Part shown: positions 1 through 12,779 of the stretch, in pieces
How the letters are laid out: every line of letters begins with the position of its first letter
Numbering within the stretch: position 1 is the stretch's first letter
NCBI GenBank assembly: GCA_002633005.1
Contig: NMRA01000019.1
Location: 111,555 to 175,554, forward strand
Length of the DNA stretch: 64,000 nucleotides
Source: Phoronis australis
Taxonomy: Eukaryota; Animalia; Phoronida
Direction: 5' to 3'
Program-made: the position numbers and the translations under genes
Notes under the pieces: model-generated
Told to the model about the DNA's origin: nothing
The model's database searches: none
Seen by the model: the letters and a program-made list of their open reading frames with translations, nothing else

Positions 1-1250
1 ACTTAATTACAGCTTTTTTGATTAATATCTCATCCTCTACTCCGGAAGTGACGTTTTGGGAGGCAAGAGTTTCGCGTCAATTTCTTTTCATTATAGTCGG
101 ACTGTGAGAGCTGTCGAGTCAGTCATTGCTCTACCTCGGTTGTGATAAGTTCGGTCGTCGTTTAATTTTGTTTACAAGTCAGTCAACATGGCACGCTGTT
201 GCTGCGTGCTGGGATGTACTCATTATCGTCTCACACCCGCTTTGGGTACCTGCCGTCGCTTTCCGAAGGATGACACACTTCGCCGTACTTGGCTAGCTCG
301 TTCATGTGAAGAACGCAGAGCTACCCGTCCACGCAACGTACAAAGCAGTGGAGGGTTACCGAGTGGGTGGCAAGCATTTTCTGCCGTCAGATTACGACAG
401 AGATATGTACGCTGAATTGATGAAGGTCCCTGCGAAACAACGCCTGAAGAAGGGTACCATACCGTCGCTGTTGATTCCCGGCAGTGCCCCGTCGCCAACC
501 CCGAAAAGTGCGTTTTTGAAGCGAGAAGCCTTGTGAGCTGTGGCCACTATATATAGTGACTGGAGGCACTTCATCTACTGTCACCCTTGCCTCCGAACGT
601 ACCCCTTTGCGTGCAATTCCGGGAACTAGCAGTGATTCGCCCTGTGTTGTTGTCTCTAGCCCAGAGCCTGTAAGCAGCTCCGCACCGATGTTGAGTAGTG
701 GGAGTGAATACAGGCCCAGTTCGACACCCAGTGAAGAGGACAGTTCGTCATCCAGTGAACAGATCGGTGAGCCTAAGTTTGATAAGTTTATTGTGGACTT
801 GCATTGGAACTATTTAGAAGGTGCCAGGTGTGAGGCGAGGGAGTCTAACGGCGGGATGTAAGCAGTTTGGGTGCTCAGATCACCCTCCAGTGGGACAGTG
901 TCGCGGGACACTCGGGCAAGTGGGACAGTTCTTCCTCTGAACGTGAGACGATGAGTACACCCCAGTACGCAGCAACAGCGTGGCATGTTGACTGACTCGT
1001 TAGCAAAAGCAAACGACGACCGAACATATCACAATTGAGGTAGAACAATGACTGACTCGACTGCTCTCACAGTCAGACTATATGAAAAGAAATTGGCGCG
1101 AAATTCTTGCCTCCCAAAACGTCACTTCCGGAGTAGACGACGGGTAATTAATTAAATTACGAAAAGCAGTAAATAAGTGAAAAATATGTCTGGGATAATC
1201 AACGTACCTTATTTTTGCTAACAATGACATGAAAAAGGTTGCCTTCGCGT
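1..1250 (+). mobile_element. Internally deleted THAP-encoding DNA transposon (Kolobok-like) with long terminal inverted repeats (TIRs); left end cut by window edge
   Basis: 35-163 is a near-perfect inverted repeat of 1011-1139. A frameshifted THAP zinc finger lies at 188-536 (MARCCCVLGC...RRFPKD...RRTW / ...GKHFLPSDY...LKKGTIPSL). The putative right end is followed by TTAA (1251-1254). Confidence 0.7.
188..536 (+). pseudogene. THAP-domain protein fragment (transposon-derived, frameshifted)
   Basis: Two overlapping ORFs (188-415, 306-536) together give the THAP pattern CxxxxC...FP...W...HF...L..GxIP. The third Cys is degenerate. Confidence 0.7.
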
Positions 1251-1823
1251 TTAACTGTATTCGCAAACCCTGGCTTGAGCGATCAAAACCAAAACTGGGT
1301 GGCGTAAAATGTAAAAAAAGACTGGCATTCAAGGATGGCATTGTCTTTTTTTTACTCAGATCTGAGAGTTTAATCAAAACGCATGTTTAGCTAAATAACG
1401 AGGGAAATTCCATTTATAATCAACATATGTCCATAGCAAATTTACGTGCGTCACAGGCCCGTTACCAGAGATAAAAAGGAAACTCCAAGGTTGGCGAAAG
1501 TACAAGGAATACGATAATAAATACATTGAAATAAGTAAAAAATAATGATTTCTGGTAGGATGGTAAGATGGGCAATGACAATCGCCGCAACAGATGCATG
1601 ACAGCCCATGCACGTCTGCAGAGACGCACAAAATAAGAGCCAGCGGATTGGCTCGAAACTGAAATATTGTGCATGGCTACTTCACAGTATGTTGCCGGAT
1701 GACCAACCCTAACTCTGGGTGCCAAACCCGGAGGGTGAACAACGTGTGTCCATGTCCAGGTACAGCTGCCGAGTGTTCTATCACCCAGGGGCGGATCCAG
1801 GATTTTGAGTTCGGGGGGACAGG

Positions 1824-1965
1824 CAGTGCTGTAGTGGTAAAATTAGAGGTAAGTAGGCGCCCAAAGCCGTATCACCTTGAGCACTGAACGTGACTTACGG
1901 TGTGTAGGCGTTACTTTCGAATACCAAAAAGTGGTTGGCTGCGCCTACGCCCCACTACAGCACTG
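1824..1965. mobile_element. hAT-like MITE, 142 bp, with perfect 8-bp target-site duplication (TSD)
   Basis: TIR CAGTGCTGTAGTGG...CCACTACAGCACTG, flanked by GGGACAGG at 1816-1823 and 1966-1973. Confidence 0.85.
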
Positions 1966-2069
1966 GGGACAGGGCAGAGTAAATAGCCACGATTTTGCCC
2001 GTCAGACATTCACAACCCCGAACTGCCAAATGGAATCTGGGATAATTTTAAGGGGGCCATGGCGGTAGA

Positions 2070-2700
2070 TACTGTTGAGTATAAAATACACATTAACTAT
2101 GAAATAAAGTAAAGTAACAATCGTGGAAAATAGTAATGTAGGAAAATCAGAGGGATGGTATAAAGATTGGAATAAATTGGGGTTACTGACAAGTGACGCC
2201 AATGGAGGTTGAGAAAACAGGGGAAGTGTGTTGGGAACATTTCGTGAAGCTTGGAAGATCAATGAGGAAAAAGTCTTGGAATTTTGAAAGATATGCTGAT
2301 ATGTTTCTTAGAGATTGCAAGACGAAGATTACTCGAAGGGAAGACAGCGGTCTAACAATATTGACATTTCCAGTTGAAACATAGGAATTTGTAGACGGCG
2401 AGAACCAAACGGAATCCATCTTTGATGTCGGCCTTGGCCATAACAGAGTTGCCACCAGATAAAAGAATGCAGGTGATGGTGATTTGGACCCACTGGTATT
2501 GGACTTCGGTTAAATGAGAAGGAAGGAAGGCCTGCCTTAATCGAGTGGTGTTCGCGAGAGGGTATAAGGGTTGTGGATTCGATGGAATTTGCTCCAGACT
2601 CGTGAGTCCGCGTAATATGAGGATTGTAGAAGGTGAAAGAGTTGTGCAGAGGAGGTGATTGGAAAGTAGAGGACGTGTCGAGGCGGAGTCCGTGAGTGAG
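2070..2700 (-). mobile_element. Highly degraded LINE (CR1/L2-like) 3' fragment
   Basis: Minus-strand peptides such as FSFNRSPIPVGPNHHHL and NIVRPL weakly resemble post-RT regions of CR1-group LINEs. Many disruptions. Confidence 0.3.
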
Positions 2701-2739
2701 CACGTCGATGATGTAATGAGTAAGAGACAAGTTGTAAGC

Positions 2740-3001
2740 TTGAAGCACCCGGGGGGACTTTGGGGGGTTCAAACGAGGAACCCCATTTGGCGAAGTGGGC
2801 AAAAACGTCCGCCTCAGAGAAACAGAAAGTCCGAGAAAACGAGACAAAAGTCCACAGGAATTCGGCACGAATGCAGAATTTACAGGTCTGAACCTTGTAA
2901 ACGTTTTTTTTTTGTTTTTAGTCCCCGATTCAGTTTGCAGTAAAAGGTCCACATACTGGAATATTCGAGCCCCCCAATATTTTAGGCTGGGTGCGCTCAT
3001 G
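2740..3001. repeat. Interspersed MITE-like repeat family (copy 1)
   Basis: Shares CCCCATTTGGCGAAGTGGGCAAAAACGTCCGCCTCAGAGAAACA with 10990-11250. The end (...TTTTAGGCTGGGTGCGCTCATG) resembles 34070-34123. Confidence 0.7.
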
Positions 3002-4828
3002 TGAAGATAGACTTTATGGAATCGGCATTTACTGGAGTGGTAAGAGGTTTTGGTATATGAGGGGTGGTGTTTTACGGCAAGACTTGCTTACGATTTAGTA
3101 GCTAATCGGTCGGCTTCAGATGTGACAAGTGCGGATATTTGTTTTTCATTTTTCTCCTACGATGACGCTATAGTTTCGTTGTAACATGTTTTAACACCTT
3201 AATAACCGTTGAAATCACTTGTAACTGGGTCGTAGGATTTTTTGTCTGTGATATTCACTAGTTAAAACCTGATGAAACACCAGACAAAATTACGACATTG
3301 ATAGTTCATCTCGATAACCATGGTTGTTATCTGAAGACATGTATAGTGCACGGGCGGTGGCCGGGGTGAGGGGATGTCAAAATCATCAATTTCGCGTTTG
3401 TAGTTTTCAAGTAAAGCGAACAATGTGATGAACTTTTCTCTGTTTTTGACGTCACAGTACATTTACGTCACATATTGTGTCAGCGCTATAGCTAAAGTTA
3501 CGCGCATTGCGGTATACATTTATGGTGCCAAAATGTCAGAACTTGAGGGAAATATGTATGGTAATTTACCAGTTAAAATCATCAAAGATATGATGGAATA
3601 TCGTGTTAACGATCTGAAGACCAGGAAAGAGTAAGAGATTGATTCCAAACAGCAGATAACCAACATTGCAGTGTGGCTTTTCGCAAGGAAAACAGTCGAA
3701 ATTGATAGACTAACTTGATTTTTTCGCACATCCAGATGTTACCGGGATACCTTTTGTTTATTTGTTTACACTTGTGCACCAGTTCAGTGTACACACACAA
3801 GTGTTTTTCGAATAACTTGAAAAACTGAGTGCACTGATCTCAGGAATGTTTGTTTCGAACGTATTCCTTCCCGAACCTTCCATATGTAATACACTTTGTG
3901 ATAAAACAATGTATCAATAAGACAAAAAGTTACTGAACTCACTGCACCAGTTCAAAACTCAGACAACTTTGTTAATGTATTATATTTTAAATTGTTGTCT
4001 TATAGCATGTTCGCCGCTAATTGTATTGCAAAGATTCGACATTCCGCTGCTTTCCATTATCCCCCAGACAGCTATGTTAATCCCATACGTACGTTTTAAT
4101 TAAAGGGTACAGAACAACCTGGCAAAGTATTACGAAGCTGAGATGAAGTGTTGTAAGGAGATGGGGAAAATCGTAAGCAGGCTAGTAAGAGAAATGGATA
4201 GAAGACAGCAAACGACTATGAAGCTCTGCAAGGCAGAAAGTGAGTGTATTCGTGGGTATTACAGAGACTCTTGTTTCTGATCATAACACTTGATGCAGAC
4301 AAAGTGAATTTCTCACTGTACAATAACTTTTTACTTATAGAAAAACACGACGAGGCGTGCACAGGATTCCGGCACCTGGGGCGTCGGGACGATAACGGTA
4401 TCACTTTCGTCATTTCTTCGCCTCGTCCCCTTTTTACTAGCGACCAATTTCGCCACCGCCCTTATCGCAGTGCCACGTGGGTAGCCAGACATAGTGGATT
4501 GATTAAGCAAAGAAACATCATGAATCGTATAACTGTTTTCAACAAACAGAAGTCTTGGATCCCTTTTATCACTCATGTAGCTTCAGTAGTGTTATGTCCT
4601 TTAATGAAATTATTCGGTTTTAGTTATTGTTTCGACCTGCTCCTAGACGTCTACATGTATGTGGAACTAACTTACAAATAAAACAGTTGCTAACGAACCA
4701 GTGTCGTTGGAAGGTACATGCGAAAATTACTGAAGGGCAAGGACATATTCCGCTTAGCAACAAGGATTAGTACAGCTTGAAATGCCCTACTAAATATCGG
4801 TAAAAACAGGCAGCAGAAGTATTACATA

Positions 4829-4976
4829 AAGTGCTGTGATGGGGCGTAGGCGCACGTAGGCGCAGCCAATCTCCTTTTGACATTTGAACGTAGCGCCTGC
4901 GCGCCGTAAGTCACGTTCAGTGCTCAAAATTACACGGTGGGCTTTTGGCACCTCTAATTTTACGACTACAGCACTG
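4829..4976. mobile_element. hAT-like MITE, second copy (inverted relative to 1824-1965)
   Basis: Reverse-complement homology to 1824-1965. Near-TSD ATTACATA (4821-4828) / ATTACAGA (4977-4984). Confidence 0.75.
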
Positions 4977-7900
4977 ATTACAGAGGGCTCATGTCCGCTA
5001 TACCCGAGCTTCATATAGTCCTGGTAGACCGTCGTACTCAGTGAAAAGACCATTCATGTCATTAGGCTTAAATATTTAATGTTTTCAAAATGTCTGCTCA
5101 CAATCTCTCGTAGGTCAATATACTAAAAAGATCGAAGAATTCTGGAAGTTCATGGACTCACGGAAAAATGACCTCCAAAGAAGATTTGATCTTATGACCT
5201 ATGACGCAGAGAGGTCGATGGCTGTATTCAAGTCGTAAGTTTGGTTATAGTGATGGCAGTGTTCAGCTGCTATCTGATTCTGGTAGTGAAACAGACTTTC
5301 GACGCCTCAATTGTAGGCCTAGTAACACAAATTTCCCTTGAAACGCCATTATTTCTGAAGGAAGTACCTCAGCGAAGTTGCAATTCTCGCCAAATCACCA
5401 TCAAAAAGTGTCCTACTTCTTTAAATTAGCTCAAAATATGTATACATTCTGGTTTAGCCCTTAATTTCTCAGAACTGAACAAATTACATAATGCATGTAA
5501 TTACTTAAAAGTGCTGGATTCAAAATGCTGTGCGATTTGGTTTATTTTACGGAGAAAGATTGCTCTTTTATAAGAATAATGGTAATAAAAAAACAAGGTG
5601 CTACAACATGATCGATTAACATGGTCCACCCTCACGGCTTCAAAAAGTCGAATGTCAAGAGGACTGCTTACGACCCATTTCAGAGGCTAACACAATAACA
5701 AAGATTAATTGATTACGGGTTTGAAATGTTAAATAAATTTCTATATGAATGTGATCCATTGAAATTGGTCCAAACTGCGTGCCTTTTTGCTCATTACGAG
5801 ACTTTCTGCAGTCACATTGCCGAACTACATTTGGAGGCAAAGTTTCATTAGCTTTAAGTGTTTGGAACTTTTGTAACCCGCCAGTCCGTGCTACCTGCGC
5901 TTGTACGCTGTACTGCTGTGAGAATAATTTGAACAGATTTAAATTTTTCACCAGCACCTGCATCGCCATAGGCTGGTTAGAGAGTTGGATACGACGTTCT
6001 GGGGCTAAACCAAATGTTATTGCTGGACATTACCTAAAGTAGGGTATTATTTGTATGTTCTTCAGAAGCGTAGAGAGCATGGATACTGGGAAAAAAAACT
6101 GCAAAACAAGTTGTGAAAAGAAACATCGTACAGGAGAAATGTCAGAAGAAAGTCGATAAGTTCACCGACGTAAGTAATGACAAACACATGTGAAGCGTGA
6201 CAAAAATAGAAAAGTCGGTGATTTTCTTGTGATTGCTACCGCTGCTTTTGACTTTCCTTTGTATTCTCAAGTTTTACCTCATCGAACCTCCTCTGTCGAC
6301 CGCTGTTAGTACAACTAATACTGTTTCTGTGTATTTTTGTTCAACAAGAGTATCAATGAAAGTAATTTACAGCGGAACAAAATGTGTCGTGGAAGACACC
6401 CGGTATCAAAGTTCTAGATTTTTCGCAAGAAAGTTTAAGATGGCGCCAGTACGCAGTAGATCTCTCACCTATTGTGCCCTCTCGTGTCTTTACTGCTTGG
6501 ATACTGAAAACACCAGAGGCGCCTAACTTTATTATGCTCTGTCTAATAGTCTTCATTAAGCTTGAATGAATGTGCTAGGAATGCCTTACCGCGGAAGTGC
6601 TCGGTTTGTTCTAGCCAACCTTTTCTGACAGTTCTATCCACCACATGTGATCGGTACATTCTGGCCTGGCCAACATCTCACTGTGGCTTTTCGCCCGATG
6701 TGCGCGCGTGGGATATGCATCCTTGCACAATTTTGTCTTGTTCTTTATTGAAGGAAGAGCCTCGGCTGGTGGAAAATCACAGGAAAATGGACACGAGGTA
6801 CAGGACAACGGCTCAAGTTCCCCGTCAAACGTGGGTGGCTTCAAAGAACGACGTCGAAAATAACCAAGTGACGAAAGCTATGTATGAAAACGCCAACCAA
6901 AATCTGATCACGGAATGTGCCGAGGTGAGCGCTACGTAAAATCAAATGCGAAGAGCTTGTTCTAGGGATATCTTGGGTGAATTGTTAAAAGCTCGGGTAC
7001 ATTGGATTGCATGCTCTACGTTTTCCCCGTTAGTTAATATGACATCGATTAGTATGTGTGCTTTCTGTTTCTAATTAATACAGCAACACGATTCAAGAGC
7101 ATCGTTTAAATTGCAAACATTCCACTCTGGATGAACGCCTTTACATAAATTTCGATTACCCTCATACATGCAACAGAATGTCTCCTGTCTGTAGACACAA
7201 GCAAGTGTTGTTTTTCATAACACTTCCTATTTATATATTTGCAGCTCCATAAAAAAGCTGACCAACAATTCGACAACACCATTCAGGAGGCGGACGCTGC
7301 CATCGACACCGTCATGCACATAACCTCAACTGACTCCTTGCTGGGACGGTAACTAAGTCTTGTCACTACTAAATTGGATAGAAGTAACATATCTATATTA
7401 TACATGTATAATATGAGGGAAAACAAAATATTGTGAGGAACAACTTTGGTCAGTGCCATAATCTCGAAACAAATATTTTTCGTTTCAGTGGGATATCACC
7501 AACACGCGTTCAGAGCACGCAGACTGACAGCGTCAGAATTGACCCAGTCCTACTATCTAAGCTGTGCTTTCCTGACAGCGTCGCTTCGAGTTCAACAGTC
7601 CTGTACGCCCCTTGCACTAGCCAGTTAAATGCTGAGTCCGAGAAGCCACCCGACGACAAGCCGCCAAGCAGCAATTCCCCTGAACCAAAATTGTCGAAAT
7701 CTGAGACCGAGTTCAGGAAAGGGCCAGAAGCTGAACTGAGCGAATCGCTCAGACACCACAACATGTCCGACTTGGATCGACAACGTACTCAGTGACACGC
7801 AATTCAATCCACGCGCATGGGTATTCAACACCAATCACTCATCTCCTGAGGAAGCCCAGTCATGTCCCAGCGAGAGATCTACTACTTCCTCACCTGGACT

Positions 7901-8442
7901 CAGTGACCAGAAAACATCGACGATTTACGTTAAATCAACGAGCTTGACTAGCAGTGATTCCGAGGGCAGCATCTTCTTGCTTCCTGTTGCATCCGGGTCT
8001 GGACCTACAGAAGTCCCAGCTACTCTTGTGAAATCTGTGGAACATCGCTAAACCGCATCAATAGCATCCACATCAGAAGGACTGTTAGCAAGCAACATTG
8101 GTCTTTCTTAGATGAAAAGGCAACTTTCTTCAGCCACTGCTGGATTTTTCAAGCCTGTGCAACCTCTGATGGATTCCGGTCAGAGTTCTGTCTCAGGTGT
8201 TTGATAAGTTGAATCTCAAGCTTCCTGGTCCACCTATTTTTAATTCTTTCGTGTATACACTCATTGACTCCCTGTTCAGACCAATATTTCTCCTTGTCAA
8301 TGATTAGTACATTGTCAAGGTCAAAGCTGTGACTGGATCCCTGACAGAGGGTACATACTGCATATGAGTCACAGGTGTTACCGCATTAGGCCGACGATGT
8401 TGGTACAACCGTATTTTTTAGGACTGCTTAGTTTTACCTACA

Positions 8443-9250
8443 TACAGTCACGTGACCTAATTATCGGACTTTTCGCACATTTTGTATTATATTTAATTGA
8501 AAATACTACGGATTGTTGTAAATTCTTTTCTGAAATAAAGACTTGCCTTTAAGGAATTCTTCTGTTACTATATCTTGTCACCGAAAGCCACATTTATGTT
8601 CTGACTGATCTTTACAAAAGACACTAGCAAACCTTCGGAGAACCTAAATATCGGACACCATGTTTCCCCATATGCCACACCGCGGAAAACTGACTAATCA
8701 AATAATGGCCACGGGCACCTTGTAGCCTAGTTTCAGCTCGAGTGTTTTGAGTTATATGCTGCTAGAACAGCTCTATTCGCAACAAAATTTTCCATAAAAT
8801 GAAATCTGATGACAAGTCGTTTCAATGAATCAGTGCAGACGACGAAAGCACGTGCAAACTCACTGCAGTTTTTAGTATCTCATTGCCTTCATTCTCATAT
8901 GACACCCGCACGTGCGCGGCCGAGGTTTAGTTTGAAACAAATGGAAAATGAAACAGTGACATATTGTCAGTTCAATGGGATGATTTCATTGTGGAAAAAT
9001 ATTTTGTTTTCAACTTTTATAAACGATTATTGCGATCGTCCATTTTAGGCCGACTTGGGGGTCTAAATTGCACCCTCTCTCGGTGAAATCAAAACGAGGC
9101 AACGCTGTAAAAAACGAGACGGTGGCGGACATTGAATGCATTACAGCGGAACAAAAATTGGTGTCATTTAATTCTCAGATTATGTTTCAAGTAAGATTTT
9201 ATGAAATGTCCGATATTTAGGGTCCGTCCGATAATTAGGTACACTATGTG
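8443..9250. mobile_element. Non-autonomous TIR element (Tc1/mariner-like MITE)
   Basis: ACCTAATTATCGGAC (8455-8469) is inverted at 9226-9240, with subterminal variants at ~8642 and ~9207. Confidence 0.6.
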
Positions 9251-9504
9251 TAGGTTTCAGGGCACTCTCCTCACTGTGTTCCATAGACCACTCCAGCTAT
9301 CTTTTCCTTAGGTTGTTTGTCCGTAGAGTTCACGATTTTGTTTCAGACGTGGTGACGTCAAATGTCCTGAACACAGATAGTAATTGTTCAGAAAGTTTTT
9401 CTACATATTAATCAAAGGAACATGCATCATCGCCAATGGTTGATCAGGTTGAGGAGCGTCAATGTTGTTGATTTCCAATCGGAGTGTTCTACTGGTATCC
9501 TAGG

Positions 9505-9760
9505 CAATGACCATCACCTCTGCTGGCCCAGCCACTTGAGGCGATGAAGCTCCTATAGGGCTCTATACGCTGGAAGCTTTTCCGCGAATTATATTATGCC
9601 TCGCATTGACTAAAACAGCAATGTCACGTTGTTATAAATACCTTTTGCGCATAGAGGGACACCTTAGGAGTTTGCCGATGTGTTTAATTCCTTCCAACTC
9701 GAACAAATACTCCCGTTATCAAACTTTTTCTCCGAGCAGTCCCTTGTTCAGTTCCCAAAG
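9505..9760. repeat. Partial copy of the MITE family at 32583-32940 (opposite orientation)
   Basis: Reverse-complement similarity, e.g. GAAGCTCCTATAGG, TTTTGCGCATAGAGGGA, AATTCCTTCCAACTCGAA. Confidence 0.7.
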
Positions 9761-10989
9761 TAGTGAACTCGCCATTTCTACACTGCGCACGCTCCAATTT
9801 TTACCGCGCTCGCTAGGTCAGTGATAGACGTCATGACCTCAATCTTTTAAGTAGGCCAAAGGTGAGAAATTGCGGTCTTGTCAGTCAAATGTTTGTTTCC
9901 GAAATGCCACGGCAATGTCTTAGGCCGCCACTACTTGTCTTTAATTAATTGGCGTTTCTTGAAACTGATTGTATTTAATGAATTGAATGCTGTTGATATG
10001 ACACTTAATAGTCTTTATACACATATTTGACATTTTAATGTTTTTAAACATTAAAAAAGGTTTTTAAGTTAGGGTTCGGATAATTCGTTTTCCGAAGTTC
10101 ATTTGCAACAGGTAACGGACAAGTTTCTAGGTTTATCCACTTTATTCTAATGTAATACTAAACTAGTCTGTTCAGTGTCAGTTTCGCTCAAAACATGATC
10201 TATCTGTCAGTTGATAAATTTAAGTATGACCTCGTACGAAATCAACTGAACCATTTCTGAGTGGTCTGTATATACAAAGCCTCGTCACGGTTTTTGCTGA
10301 CCAACGATAACACGGTGATACTGACTTACAAATTAAGATATATATACACGTTAAAACAATTCAGTTCAGTATTATCATGAACGGTGAGAGACGTTGCATG
10401 AATTGCAACGAACCTTTTAAAAAGCCAAAAGGCCTCCTACGGACATTGAAATACGGATGCGTAACCGCGCAGACGGCGTTGCGCGAAACTTAGGTTGCTT
10501 CTCCCGCTAAAGACAAAAGGTCGGTTTGTGAGAAACCGCTGTTATATACTAGTTTTTCTTGTCTCGGGGAATTGTTAAAGCTCAAAAAAAAGCTTAAAGA
10601 GCAGAAAGAGATTTTCACATCCAGACGTCGGAACAAAACGTATTTCTTTGAAAAGACAGAGGAAAGGAAGAAAGAAAAAGAAAACAGCAATCGGGGCGAT
10701 GATCTGCCGGCAAGAAAAAAAACTAAGGTACTTATAGGCAAAGTTGCTGTTTCACGTAAGCTTCATTACAAGTTTCGTGTTAAGTTACAGGCCACTGCAT
10801 GAGTTCCTGTTGTGGTATTTGGCCTGCCTCAAATGAGAATGAGACCGCGAGACCGTGTTTAGGTGAATAAACGCAATGCGCTATATCTTTATTGAAATGG
10901 CCCCCAAATGCCTGTGAATGGCAAAATGACAACCAAGCTGTTTCGCCATTTGTGAATGGCGTTCGCGACACAAATATATAAGGTAAACA

Positions 10990-11250
10990 TCACGCACGCA
11001 CCCAGGGGGGGCTCGGGGGGGGGGCTCGAAGGAGACCCCCCCATTTGGCGAAGTGGGCAAAAACGTCCGCCTCAGAGAAACAAGAAGTCCATGAAAAACG
11101 TGACAAACGTCCCCTAAATAGGCACAAACACACAATTCAGAGCTCTGAACGTGGTTCCCCGTTTATTTAGTCCTCCCGCTTTTTGTTAGTTAAAGGTCCA
11201 CATCGTCAAAAAGTCGAGGCCTCCATTTTAAAGGGTAGATTCGCGCATCA
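10990..11250. repeat. Interspersed MITE-like repeat family (copy 2)
   Basis: Direct similarity to 2740-3001. Confidence 0.7.
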
Positions 11251-11368
11251 ACATTGAGCTAAAAAATTCAACTGCCCTGTCCAAATTCGTAACTTATCTT
11301 TCAATGTCTTGTGCGCAGTGCCACTTGACTTTTCTAAATGTATTTTGTAATTTCAAATACCAACACCC

Positions 11369-11802
11369 ATGGAAATAAAGCGAGGGCATGCGAAAATTGC
11401 AAGGACAAATTTAGAAAATCGCAATATACCAGTTGCCGTAAGGGCGCTTTCTTGAACATAGAGTGGCAAGGATACAATGCTCCAAATCATAATGCATGAG
11501 ATCAAGCAAGAAGTAAAGACCTTGCGAAAAGAAGCAACCCTTGCAAACAAAGACCTTGCACCTGAATCAATGACCAACTTCACTTGGGAACAGTTGTGTT
11601 TACAGCTCGAAATTGCCGCCCCCCATTACTACAAATAATTAGGACTACGTCATCTAGAAAACTTGAATCTTGGCCACTGGTGCTACCCGACCCCTGTTCT
11701 CCTTATGCTGCCTTCTGTACAATGGGGGTAAATCGTCGATCACTTAAGTTTTTGTCGAAATGGACCAGCCTACAGCTGTTCATGCGCGGACACAGCAACG
11801 TG
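11369..11802 (+). pseudogene. Degraded transposase N-terminal exon, AcademH/DUF6589-like
   Basis: Reads IMHEIKQEVKTL...NFTWEQLCLQLEIAAP-(frameshift)-LLQIIR...NRRSLKFLSKWTSLQLFMRGHSNV, then a GTGAGT donor. It matches the F.W..L..EL...AP.L pattern I recall from this family. Stops are present. Confidence 0.4.
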
Positions 11803-12582
11803 GTGAGTAAACAGAAATTCTCCAGTGTGATATTGTTTTCAATTTGTTCTGTAGAAATACCAAAAGAATGTTTTTCGCATACATGACAAGCTTCATTGAA
11901 AACTTCGCGCACTCTTTCAAGACAAAAAGATCACTTCTTGAGATAGATCGCTCAATAAGGAAATCTTAGTTGTGAAAAATAAACCATTCCCGTGTCAACA
12001 GTTATTTCAAAATTGTGGCGAGACAAAGCCAATGTCGTAAACTTTGACATCTATTTTTGCCTCGCACTGAAAACAGCCAAACCCTCCAATTGTTAAAAAT
12101 TCGCTTCCGACTGAGCAGACGATGATCGCGTACCCGCGATTTAGTAGTAAATTGCCTGTGAAGACTCAGTCGCATATTAAATCCTCACTCTTTTAGAAAA
12201 CAAACGCAGAACCACTAACAGATACAGGATTAACGCAAAATCCGTGCCCCTTTTGTCCTTTTTCATTTTCCACAACACTCACTGACGAATACATATGGTA
12301 ATCCATGATACTATTCAAACCATGCTTCCGGTAGACATAAAATTCATGAAAGCTACTTAGATCACACGAGTATTAGCGAGGCATCGGTATACATAAGATA
12401 CGAGACCAAACTGGCTGACAAGCGTTACTACGTCTGTGGGAAATCTGATTTAGTCATGACAGTCACTTGATAGTGTTTCCAATTCAGAAAATCAGCTACG
12501 TATTAGCATCCCTGTTTCATGCCTCAAAAAACTGTACACATTGGCGGATTTGTCTAGTCTTCGGCAAAATTAATTGTTCTTT

Positions 12583-12666
12583 TATGGGCGGCGCACCACT
12601 AAAAAAGTGAGGGCTATAGCCCCCAGCCCCCCCTCCCCTCCAGCTCCCTATGGTGCGCCGCCCACG
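12583..12666. repeat. Short hAT-like MITE (family also at 33302-33442)
   Basis: TGGGCGGCGCACCA...TGGTGCGCCGCCCA inverted ends with a GGGCTATAGCCCCC core. Confidence 0.6.
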
Positions 12667-12779
12667 TTTTAACAACACGGCAAATGTACGGCAGCACGCA
12701 GTGGGCGGGTACTTCAGCTTTCAAAGTTCGCCGGTAGGACCACACCTTCTGACCTTCGGGCTAGTGTGAACACGAAGTT

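Noticed and set aside
2329-3000. 223-aa minus-strand ORF
   Set aside because: It runs across a MITE and a decayed LINE and is probably a chance open frame.
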